In this document: positions 52,049 through 64,000 of the stretch, piece by piece
Layout: the number at the start of each line of letters is the position of its first letter
Numbering within the stretch: the first letter of the stretch is position 1
NCBI GenBank assembly: GCA_050298595.1
Contig: JBNKUM010000048.1
Location: 32,001 to 96,000, forward strand
Direction: 5' to 3'
DNA: 64,000 nucleotides
DNA from: Gammaproteobacteria bacterium
GTDB lineage: Bacteria > Pseudomonadota > Gammaproteobacteria > GCA-001735895
The notes under the pieces: model-generated
Told to the model about the DNA's origin: nothing
Database searches by the model: none
Seen by the model: the letters and a program-made list of their open reading frames with translations, nothing else
Translations under genes and position numbers: made by a program

Positions 52049-52345
52049 TCAACCATTACTAATGGTTTTTATCTGATCCACAGAGTGCGTGAGCCGGGTT
52101 ATCATGCTGCGCGCGTTAACAAAACCAATCAGCCCTGCGACCAGATGTAGCCAGTCATCGTCCAGAATAAAATAGAAGCCCACTATGACAACACTGAAGC
52201 GCAGCAACAAACTGCCTAAAAACAATAGCCCAAGCATTTTGCTCGAGCTAAGCCTACGTACTGTCCACAACAGACCAACGAAAAAAAACACGCCGAGTAT
52301 GGCGCCCTCTAAAAATGCCAGTAAAAGTTGCAGAATTTCATTCAT
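52049..52345 (-). CDS. atpR: N-ATPase subunit AtpR (ATP synthase subunit I-like)
   Basis: G..LG.FFF.GL.WTV...SLLLR; position between atpQ and atpB. Confidence 0.85.
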   Translation of the reverse strand: MNEILQLLLAFLEGAILGVFFFVGLLWTVRRLSSSKMLGLLFLGSLLLRFSVVIVGFYFILDDDWLHLVAGLIGFVNARSMITRLTHSVDQIKTISNG

Positions 52346-52689
52346 GATTATTCTCCTCTTTATTATTCAGGTCTTTATTATTCTGATGAATCTCCTGGTC
52401 TTCCTTAACAATCCAGCGCCAGGCAGTAAAACACCCTAGACCAAGCCCTAAAGTCAGCAGCGCCAGTGTCCATGAATGTTCATCTGGATAACGTTTATCG
52501 ATCCACAGTCCGAGTGCCGCGCCGAGCAGGGTTGGCATTGCCACCGACCAGCCCACCAGACCCATCATACCGAGGCCGGACCACACGGTTTTAGTCACAT
52601 GTCGTTGCGCCTTCAGTTTGCGCTCTGCCATATCTCCTACCTGCTGGCTGAATGGGGTTTTGCCTGGGCGCTTTTTGATGTCTGGTTTT

Positions 52690-52697
<8 letters not shown>
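52338..52697 (-). CDS. atpQ: N-ATPase AtpQ (AtpZ/AtpI family)
   Basis: GLGMMGLVGWSVAMPTLLGAALGLWID; start re-assigned to 52697. Confidence 0.85.
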
Positions 52698-55889
<3,192 letters not shown>

Positions 55890-56301
55890 ATGTCCACATC
55901 CTGATAAACATTCGGATCCGTTGCGCTGTATGCACCTTCCAGAAAACTGCTGGCGAGCAAACCCGCTGCGCCATGGTTAAAGCATGTGAAACACGTCCAA
56001 CCTACCGACTACTGGTTGAAGGTTGCAATGTTATTAATATAGATCACAAACAGGGTCAGAGCTATCAGACTTTATCTGGTGAACCCACAAAAAAGGTCGA
56101 CTTTGCCTTGTCAGATTCAAATCTCTTTACCAGGATGAACATTTTTTTGTTTTTCAATAATCTGCTGCGCTTTCATGGTGAGTCGTTTGTACTGGTTTTA
56201 TGCAAGCTCCAGCCGCTGGCGACCAGCGCCATGAGTTCGCATAGCAGGTTGATACCAACATAGGGTCCAAATTTTTCTTAATTTGACACTACCCTATAAA
56301 C

Positions 56302-57068
56302 TCATCCACTAATCGCACTGAGTGCTCGAAGTAGATATTTTGGATTGTGGGCGGGCTCGTACATAGGGTGTACCTTCTTACCAGTATCAAATAACCCATA
56401 AACTGCCATTTGCGCAGTGCGAACAGAGTATTCAACGGTAAAGACACAATCATCGGGTGCTTCAGCAAATTGTCCTAAAAAGGCAAAATTGATGGCTCCA
56501 TCTGGTATCACTTCTGACCTGTCACCTTTTTCTCTGGGCATAAAAAGACTATCTATAAACGGCATAGCCACAGGGATACAATTGACCTTTCCGGCTTGTG
56601 TAACCGGTTTCATTATGTCTTGAATCTTTAAATGAAAATAAAGCTCTTCCAGCATTTCAGCACCGTTGCACTCTGCCATTGTTTTGTCTATGTAATTGCC
56701 TTTTCCATCTGGATAGAGTCCATAGCCCCAGAAAATCTTGACGTCATCAGGCTGGTCTGGAAAGTGAGGTTGTCGTGCTATAACAAATGACATCAACCAG
56801 TTGGAATCTGTCAAGGTAACAAGACCGCCTGTTCCATCGACATTGCCCGAGAAGTTTTCCATATAATCGTGGAATGTAGAGTCTTTCATAGTTGCGGTAA
56901 ATGAAGTTGCGATGTGGCAAAAGCTATACCTTTTGCAGCTGTTTCCACCCAGACACTTACCTTCAGCTTTGTCCTGTCCCATGGCTGATACATGTAGTGG
57001 GGCAACTGATAATAAAGTTACCGCTGTTGCTGCAAGTGCAACTCCAGATAATTTTTTTGCTTTTTCAT
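56302..57068 (-). pseudogene. Chimeric pseudogene: frameshifted Cys-rich secreted peptide (BufA2-like) N-terminus fused to an oleate hydratase C-terminus
   Basis: GAGGAG RBS and ATG 57068; after a frameshift reads KAKKLSGVALAATAVTLL...EGKCLGGNSCK; then GTGGLVTLTDSNWLMS, QPHF, FWGYGL, FLGQF, VFTVEYSVRTA. Confidence 0.7.
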
Positions 57069-57353
57069 ATTACTCCTCACTTTTTTTAATTGCTCCTTCA
57101 CCTGATGCAGGCAGGAGTATATTTATAAACATTTCATATGTATTAAAAACCAGGTTAACGTACTGGATTAGCCATCTTAAAAAAATTCAAAATGGCCTGT
57201 GATTCTTCTATTGATAAGGAACTACAAGGGTATGAAAAAATGTCGCAACCCGCCTGGATGAATGATTATCGATAACGCCGATGATGGAATCCCATCTTCG
57301 ATTCATGTTATTTAAACGGATGGTTTATTCCTGATCAGGAACTGAGCGTCGGT

Positions 57354-58781
57354 TTAAGCTGGGGGAATAACAACTACACAATTGCGGCCCTGATCTTTTG
57401 CCATATATAAGGCGTCATCAGTACGTTTAAGACAACTATCCAGGCTTTCACCTGGCTTAAATTGAGTAACACCAAAACTGCCCGTTACGGTAATCAATGT
57501 ATTCGCTGAATCAATACGGCTGCCGTCCAGATTTTTACAGAGGCGCTGAGCAAGATGCTTTGCCTCTTCGAGGCCAGTCTGAGGAGACATGATTAAAAAT
57601 TCCTCACCGCCCCATCTTCCCAAAACATCACTATCCCGAATGCCGTTATCCAGCCGCTCAACAGCGTGTTTTAGCGTTAGATCACCCATATCGTGTCCGT
57701 ATTGATCGTTGATATCCTTAAAATGATCAAGGTCGATAAGAATAATACAGAAACTTTCCTGCTCGTTTGAATTTGTCTGGGACGCTTCTTCCAGCAATTG
57801 AGTAATCGCTCGTCGATTAAGAATCCCGGTTAGATAGTCAGTCCGAGAAAGTGTCTCCAGTTTTTCCTCCATCAGCTTTCGTTCAGAGATCTCCTTAAGT
57901 AACTGCTGATTAGCCTTAACTAACTCTGACGTACGTTCACTTACTCGAACTTCCAGTTCATCTCGAGCATGTTTCAGGGCTGTTTGATTTTCTTCCAGTT
58001 TCTTATGATTTTTTCCGAGTCTAATCGACATTCTCTCGAAGGCATCGCTCAAATTCTCAAACTCATCACCGATTATTGTGAGTGTTTCTTCGTTATCAGC
58101 GGGTGCTATTGATGATAGTCGTCTCATCACATTAGCAATGCGCTGGGTGAAATTACTGCTAAGAAAGCGGCTGAACAAAGCAGCCAGCAGAATCGATAGT
58201 GCCAGAGAAAGCAGACCTGCCAGGCGCATTTTTTCCAGTTTCGATTGCACTTCATCAGCTTTCATATCAATACCGACAAGATAGCTACCCTTACCAGTAT
58301 CGAGTGGTGAATAGCCTGAAAGAAAACTGCCCCATCGGTCTGTTGTAATCTCGCTATCTACTGAAGGACGCAGGAACCCCTCCATGAGTGCGGGAACATT
58401 CTGCGGATAGACTTCTCCTGGCAATGCTGGCTCGACCATGTCTGAATCCAGCACAAAAACCGGTTTGTTATCTAACTTTCTCATCACGTAAATAAAAGCA
58501 ATGTCAGGGTTAGCTTTAACAAAATCTCGCAAAGAATCAACACCCTGTTTATACACCAGACTGTTTACATCATCAGGCCCCTGAATCTGGTCAAGACTTT
58601 TAACATACAGACCCTGACTGATTAAGGCAGCACTATTCTGCAGCCTGGATCTTAATGCCTCTGTCAGGTTTTCGATAGCACTATCGTAGAAATAACTGCC
58701 GACACTGCCAGACACAAGTACGATAGCTGCAAAGTGACTTAGAAAGAGTTTTGTCTGGATAGATAATCGCATGTTTTTCAA
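57354..58781 (-). CDS. Membrane-bound diguanylate cyclase (periplasmic sensor, HAMP-like, GGDEF)
   Basis: Two TM segments, DLDHFKDIND.YGH..GD, RDSD I-site, RWGGEEF. Confidence 0.92.
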   Translation of the reverse strand: MKNMRLSIQTKLFLSHFAAIVLVSGSVGSYFYDSAIENLTEALRSRLQNSAALISQGLYVKSLDQIQGPDDVNSLVYKQGVDSLRDFVKANPDIAFIYVMRKLDNKPVFVLDSDMVEPALPGEVYPQNVPALMEGFLRPSVDSEITTDRWGSFLSGYSPLDTGKGSYLVGIDMKADEVQSKLEKMRLAGLLSLALSILLAALFSRFLSSNFTQRIANVMRRLSSIAPADNEETLTIIGDEFENLSDAFERMSIRLGKNHKKLEENQTALKHARDELEVRVSERTSELVKANQQLLKEISERKLMEEKLETLSRTDYLTGILNRRAITQLLEEASQTNSNEQESFCIILIDLDHFKDINDQYGHDMGDLTLKHAVERLDNGIRDSDVLGRWGGEEFLIMSPQTGLEEAKHLAQRLCKNLDGSRIDSANTLITVTGSFGVTQFKPGESLDSCLKRTDDALYMAKDQGRNCVVVIPPA

Positions 58782-59542
58782 TGAATACTTAATTTACTAA
58801 AAGTAATTGTATAAGAACTTGTCAAATTAGGGCATAAATTGTAAAGCGGCATATTTATTTATTATATTAAAGAGCATTGCATTTCTGATGACCCGACATC
58901 TGACACTATTTTAAATCTTTGCTCCCCCCTGCCCCGATGAACAAAATATGAGGTAATCATTGTTACAACTCCAATCACTACAATTGCTCAGATAACACCG
59001 ACAAGCCACGAACGGTCACCTTCCAATACACGATCACATGGGTTCAGATTGAAATTAAATTAATCCTCGTATTTTTTTCGCCACACCCCCCTCCCTACAT
59101 TTTTTAGATTTTCTCATATTAATTATTTACTTTAGAGTTTAATTTGTATGACCCCAATTATTCCTCTTCATCAGACTTGCATAAATCGATCAAATTCTTG
59201 TACTTATCTGTCAAACCCTCTAACTGCTCCTTTCGTGTTTATCCGTTCATATAGTAAATTACAAGATAGACTCAGGTACCTAAGGACTAACTGAAAATAA
59301 ATTAAATGAGCTTTTAGATAGCCCATTTAATTAAATTCCATGTTTGTTATTTAAGGAAAAATTAGAAGTGAATCGTCTAATGCTTATAGGATTATCTATT
59401 ACTTCCGTTTTTACCTGACTGCACACCTCTAAACCATAGAGATTAAAATCTGGTCTTAGAGTACCCAGTCAGTCACGGCAAATCGAGAGTATCCAGTTGA
59501 GCCAGCGATGCAGTGTAAATCCATCTCAAGGTATTCCGAAAA

Positions 59543-60598
59543 ATGCAGTGTCTGAAACATCTTATCTTACAATTTCTTTTGATAGCTACCTTACTTTCTC
59601 TGGTCACTATTAATGTTCAAGCGGCCGAAATCACACTCACTGTCGAACATTTTTTACCCCCACAAGCGCCTGCTCATAAAAACTTCATCATTCCGTGGAA
59701 AAAAGCTATTGAAAAGGAATCGAATGGTCGTATTGAAGTCAAGGTCTATCCGGCAATGCAGCTTGGTGGTAAAGCACCGGATTTAATTAATCAGGTGAAA
59801 GACGGGAAGGTCGACATCGTCTGGACATTACCAGGTTATTCTCCAGGCCGCTTCCCGGCTATTTCGGTATTTGAACTCCCTTTTATGGTGACCAATGCTG
59901 AAGGTAGCTCGCAGGCTGTACAGGAGTTCTATGAAACCAACCAGGCTGCACAGGATGAATTTAAGGATGTCCACCCTCTAATGTTCTGGACTCATGATCG
60001 AGGTGTTTTGCATACCAGTAAGCATCCCGTCAAAAGCCTCGAAGATCTTAAGGGGTTAAAAATTCGAGCACCAAGTCAACGAGTTGCTGATGCCCTGACG
60101 ACCTACGGCGCTGTACCTGTACAAATGCCCTTACCGCAAATGCCAAAAGCTTTGACCGACAATAAAATTGACGGCAGCGTAATACCATGGGAGGTGGTAC
60201 CAGCTTTCCATATTGAAAAGCTGGCCAGATATCACACTGAATTTCCAGGTCTACGCGGCATTTATACTGCAGTTTTTGTATTTGCTATGAACAAGGAAAA
60301 ATATTATTCACTACCAGAAGATTTAAGAAAAATCATTGACCACAATTCTGGCATGGCATTATCCAAAGCGATGGGGAAATTATGGGTCCAGAGTGAGAAA
60401 CCCGGCAGAAACCTGGCCAAAAATAACGGTAATACAATATTCCAGATGCCTAAAAATGAGGTAGAAAAATTTCGCGCAGCATCGTATTCTGTACATGCAG
60501 CCTGGGCGAAAGACATGAGTGAAAAAGATTTAAATGGGCGCCACCTGTTGTTATCTGCCTATAGCCTGCTCAATAAATACAGTAGCACTGTGAAATAA
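59543..60598 (+). CDS. dctP: TRAP transporter substrate-binding protein (DctP family), orphan
   Basis: ESNGRIEVKVYPAMQLGG, VFELPF, DLKGLKIRAP, AMNKEKY..LP. Confidence 0.9.
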   Translation: MQCLKHLILQFLLIATLLSLVTINVQAAEITLTVEHFLPPQAPAHKNFIIPWKKAIEKESNGRIEVKVYPAMQLGGKAPDLINQVKDGKVDIVWTLPGYSPGRFPAISVFELPFMVTNAEGSSQAVQEFYETNQAAQDEFKDVHPLMFWTHDRGVLHTSKHPVKSLEDLKGLKIRAPSQRVADALTTYGAVPVQMPLPQMPKALTDNKIDGSVIPWEVVPAFHIEKLARYHTEFPGLRGIYTAVFVFAMNKEKYYSLPEDLRKIIDHNSGMALSKAMGKLWVQSEKPGRNLAKNNGNTIFQMPKNEVEKFRAASYSVHAAWAKDMSEKDLNGRHLLLSAYSLLNKYSSTVK

Positions 60599-60787
60599 TT
60601 AGGCTTTGATTACTGATCATTATAATTAAGGTTAAATGAAGCCTGAAGGTTGTCCATTATCAGGGGTTATGTGACTACCGCGAATATTGAAATATGCAGC
60701 ATTAATTTTGCAGTATCTTCCCATTCATTATGTGATTAATCTATAAATGGAAATAGCTCTTTCCTGTCATTTACTATCTTTTAACAA

Positions 60788-61438
60788 TTACCCCAAATTC
60801 TGTTGCAAAAACTCCAGACTCCTAACCCATGCTAATTCAGCACTTTCACGGTGAAAAGTTTCTCGCGGTTCACAACTGAAAGCATGCCCTGCTTCTTCAT
60901 AGATAAAAAAAGTGGCATCAGGATTTACATTTTGCACCGCTTCTATATCTTCAACTGATACCAGATGATCTTTAGCGCCGAATTGAAACAGAAACGGACA
61001 TGCTGGTTTTTGATCGAGGTTCTGGTGTATACGGGTACCGTAATAGGCGATCCCTGCATCGATGTTTAATTGACTGGCGGCAAGGTATGCCATTGTCCCG
61101 CCCCAACAGAATCCCATCACGGCTACCCTGGAGTTTTTATGACTGTCGATTACGGCTGCTATGTCGAGTATCACCTGGTCGGGCTGTAACTGCATGGCCA
61201 GCTCTCTACCCAGGTCAGCATCGTTATAGGTGAGTTGAACCCCCGGTTGCAGACGATCAAAAAATGCTGGAACCACGCCAATATAGCCCTCCTTAGCCAG
61301 CTTATCAGCGGTTTCACAAAGATGATCGGTTACGCCAAAAATCTCCTGGATGATGATGACCACCCCACGAGGTGCTGTTACTGGTTCACTCTGGTAGGCC
61401 ACAAATTGATGCCCGTCGGATGAGGTAAATGATTTCAT
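60788..61438 (-). CDS. Dienelactone hydrolase family protein
   Basis: IQEIFGV, GFCWGG, FGAKD, AGHAF. Confidence 0.92.
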   Translation of the reverse strand: MKSFTSSDGHQFVAYQSEPVTAPRGVVIIIQEIFGVTDHLCETADKLAKEGYIGVVPAFFDRLQPGVQLTYNDADLGRELAMQLQPDQVILDIAAVIDSHKNSRVAVMGFCWGGTMAYLAASQLNIDAGIAYYGTRIHQNLDQKPACPFLFQFGAKDHLVSVEDIEAVQNVNPDATFFIYEEAGHAFSCEPRETFHRESAELAWVRSLEFLQQNLG

Positions 61439-61774
61439 TAGATTTCTCAATAGCTGCCTTAAGACTATGGCCAAGCTAATCATGGTTGTGTTTACACATC
61501 AAGTGGAGTCAGGATCGGGTCTTTGATCATTATTAACAAAAGTCAAAAATGGAAGTTATTTCAGACTCATTTTGTCAACACCGCTCCACTTGACATTAGT
61601 CAGTCTTTCACCTTGTTTCGCCACTACATATGACTACCGTTAACGGCATAGCTATATCATAATGTCATACTTTTCTCGGGCCTATCCTTATCTACTTGCT
61701 AATCACCAGTCGGTTTAGCCAAACTGATTAATGATAGGCAGATTTACCAACCCTAATTCAATAAAGATAGAAAA

Positions 61775-62869
61775 ATGATGGACTATGCAGCAATTACCGG
61801 CTGGGGAAAATGTCTTCCTCCCGCCATTCTAACCAATGATGATCTGGCTACTTTTCTCGATACGGATGATGAGTGGATCCGTAAACGCACCGGCATGCAA
61901 CAGCGCCGCATCTCTCACGTTCCAGTTTCTGAGCTGGCCTATGTCGCAGCTCAACGTGCGCTTGCTGCAGCCGGAAAAAGTGCTGAAGATGTGGATTTAA
62001 TCGTATTTGGTACAACGACACCCGATCGTATCTGTCCCAATACTGCTTCGGGGCTGCAAAAACTACTGTCTGCCAGCAATGCGGCCTGTATGGACCTGAA
62101 TACCGCTTGCACCAGCTTCCTCTACTCAATGACCGTGGCCAGCAGCATGATCCGCACAGGCGTTGTGCGTAATGCTCTGGTCATAGGTGCAGAGGTCATC
62201 TCGCCAATCATGGACTGGAACGACCGTAATGTGGCAGTATTGTTTGGCGATGGCGCTGCCGCCTTTTTTCTGCAAGCAAGCGAAGAACAGCAGGGGATTA
62301 TGGCTGAGTCCATTGGCTGTTACGGAGAGGTTAGAGATATCCTTTACCTACAGGGCTGGGGATCTGAACACGCCAATGAGGGCGTAATGTTAGGCGACGT
62401 CAAATGGCAGTTTGAAGGTCAGGAAATCTTCAAGCGTGCGGTCAAAGGCATGGCTAATGCCTGCAACGATGTACTTAACAAGTCTGGCACATCTATGGAT
62501 GAGGTTGATCTTGTGGTACCTCACCAGGCCAATCTTCGGATTATTGAAGCACTGGCGAACCGAACCGGAGCGCCAGCAGAGAAAGTCTTTATCAATATCC
62601 ACCGCTACGGCAACATGTCGGCAGCGACGGTACCCATAGCCCTGGTGGAAGCGCTGGAAGAAGGTCGAGTAGAAGCTGGAAGCAATATCCTGATGCCTGG
62701 CTTCGGTGGCGGGTTGACCTGGTGTGCTCACCTGCTGAAATGGGGCCAGAGAACCGCACCATTGTCCACTTCGGATGCTGAATTACCACCAAATGATAAA
62801 TCCGCACTGGAACTGGTACAGGAAATCAGACGACGTAAGAATGAGTATAAAACCAGCAGTACTGATTAG
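61775..62869 (+). CDS. fabH: 3-oxoacyl-ACP synthase III (FabH family)
   Basis: ACTSF (Cys), LFGDGA, PHQAN (His), YGNMSAA (Asn), GFGGGLTW. Confidence 0.9.
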   Translation: MMDYAAITGWGKCLPPAILTNDDLATFLDTDDEWIRKRTGMQQRRISHVPVSELAYVAAQRALAAAGKSAEDVDLIVFGTTTPDRICPNTASGLQKLLSASNAACMDLNTACTSFLYSMTVASSMIRTGVVRNALVIGAEVISPIMDWNDRNVAVLFGDGAAAFFLQASEEQQGIMAESIGCYGEVRDILYLQGWGSEHANEGVMLGDVKWQFEGQEIFKRAVKGMANACNDVLNKSGTSMDEVDLVVPHQANLRIIEALANRTGAPAEKVFINIHRYGNMSAATVPIALVEALEEGRVEAGSNILMPGFGGGLTWCAHLLKWGQRTAPLSTSDAELPPNDKSALELVQEIRRRKNEYKTSSTD

Positions 62870-63216
62870 TTGACAGCTACAATCTGTTATTCGTGTACTG
62901 ATTTTGATGAAAAATGTGGTCTATAGTCGCAAGCTCACCCATTTGGTGAGCCATGCTGCTGCGTGAATTGCACGTCACATATTTGTGCGATAAATAAGTA
63001 TTGTGTCTCTTCAGATTTATAACTTTTAAAAGATGGGTGAGCAATCGAAGACTACGTGACTTTTTAAAAACTATCTCCCACGTTAATTAATCACTGAAGA
63101 TATCGAAATCTCTGAAAAAAGAGAAAAAGCCGTTAACCCGAGCAAGGCTAAGGGCGCGTATTGATTAAATAAAGCGCCACTATCCGGGAACCCGCATTAC
63201 AGCACAATTGGTGTGC

Positions 63217-64000
63217 TTACCTGGCTTTAATCAGACCCAGCTTCCAGGGCAATCTATTGTAATCAGACACACCAGAGTTTGGATCCACCCCCTGATACAG
63301 ATACTCCATATTGCAGGCATTAATGGTCATTTTCTCGTTGTAGCCAGAACGTATCATCTCACCATGGCTAATATCATTGGTCCACTTGGAGCCACTGAAT
63401 GTCACGTTAGCAGCACCGGCAAATGGATTCGACTGGGTATCTGCCAACGGTGTCCATGGGCCGTCCAGACTGGTGGATGTCCATGAACGGAAGTAGCGGG
63501 GTGCGTAAGCTTCGACCAGCAGCAGATATTTGTTGGTGCCATCCACTTTATAAACATTGGACGCTTCAAACAGTCTGCCCACTACAGAATCTCTCATCAC
63601 AATCTCATAACCTGAGAAGTTCGGGAAGTTTCCGATGGACACTTTGGAACGATATAGATTTCCATCGTCTCCCGAGAAGAACAGGTAACAATTGTTATCA
63701 TCGCAAATAACCCAGTAATCAATACCATTGTTTAGTCCGCTACTCAACAGAGGTTTTGGTGAACTCCAGCCAGATGGGTTGCTGATATCACTGTTGGTAG
63801 AGTATTTGGCCCCCCACTGATAAATCAGGTACCACTTTTTTTGCGGCTCAAAGTAAAACACCTGTGGAGCAACAGCACCGCCAGCCGGGGTGGTTGACAT
63901 ATCAACCTGTTGAGCGGAATTGGCCTGAGCCCAGTCGCTGAAGTTCATATAGACACCACCATAGCCATTTCTAGTTTTATCAACTATCGATGCAAATACG
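63217..64000 (-). CDS. Glycoside hydrolase family 62 alpha-L-arabinofuranosidase, 5' part outside the window
   Basis: APQVFYF.P.KKWYLIYQWG, IDYWVICD, LFEASNVYK, RYFRSW, ISHGEMIRSG. Confidence 0.92.
   Translation of the reverse strand, partial: VFASIVDKTRNGYGGVYMNFSDWAQANSAQQVDMSTTPAGGAVAPQVFYFEPQKKWYLIYQWGAKYSTNSDISNPSGWSSPKPLLSSGLNNGIDYWVICDDNNCYLFFSGDDGNLYRSKVSIGNFPNFSGYEIVMRDSVVGRLFEASNVYKVDGTNKYLLLVEAYAPRYFRSWTSTSLDGPWTPLADTQSNPFAGAANVTFSGSKWTNDISHGEMIRSGYNEKMTINACNMEYLYQGVDPNSGVSDYNRLPWKLGLIKAR

Noticed and set aside
57279-57350. Fluoride-riboswitch-like GATGATGGAATCCCATC
   Set aside because: Lacks the downstream conserved CTRATGAC-type element and is not upstream of a plausible same-strand target gene.

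Overview
Bacterial chromosomal window, probably a marine or sediment gammaproteobacterium (inferred from gene content). No rRNA, tRNA or CRISPR array was seen. The main non-coding structure is an integrase-less integron cassette array (CALIN-like, ~4590-9770). It has six attC sites, seven AT-rich cassette genes, a putative attI-like entry site, and two remnants of a group IIC-attC intron, one joined exactly at the canonical attC target. A RAYT/Y1-transposase stub lies at the left edge of the array, and REP-like repeats and an IS5-type MITE lie at its right. The rest of the window holds: signalling genes (two hybrid kinases, a collapsed kinase paralog, three GGDEF proteins); a pabB-pabC fusion; lrp-ald plus a tandem-HTH protein; OsmC-YcaO; a Mut7-C RNase; a molybdopterin oxidoreductase; a 1653-aa secreted NHL/FN3/TPR/transglutaminase-like protein with a small TPR partner; a complete N-ATPase operon (atpDCQRBEFAG) with Na+-type c subunit; several deletion chimeras and pseudogenes; an orphan TRAP dctP; fabH; and a partial GH62. 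All calls come from reading motifs by eye; no database searches were run.
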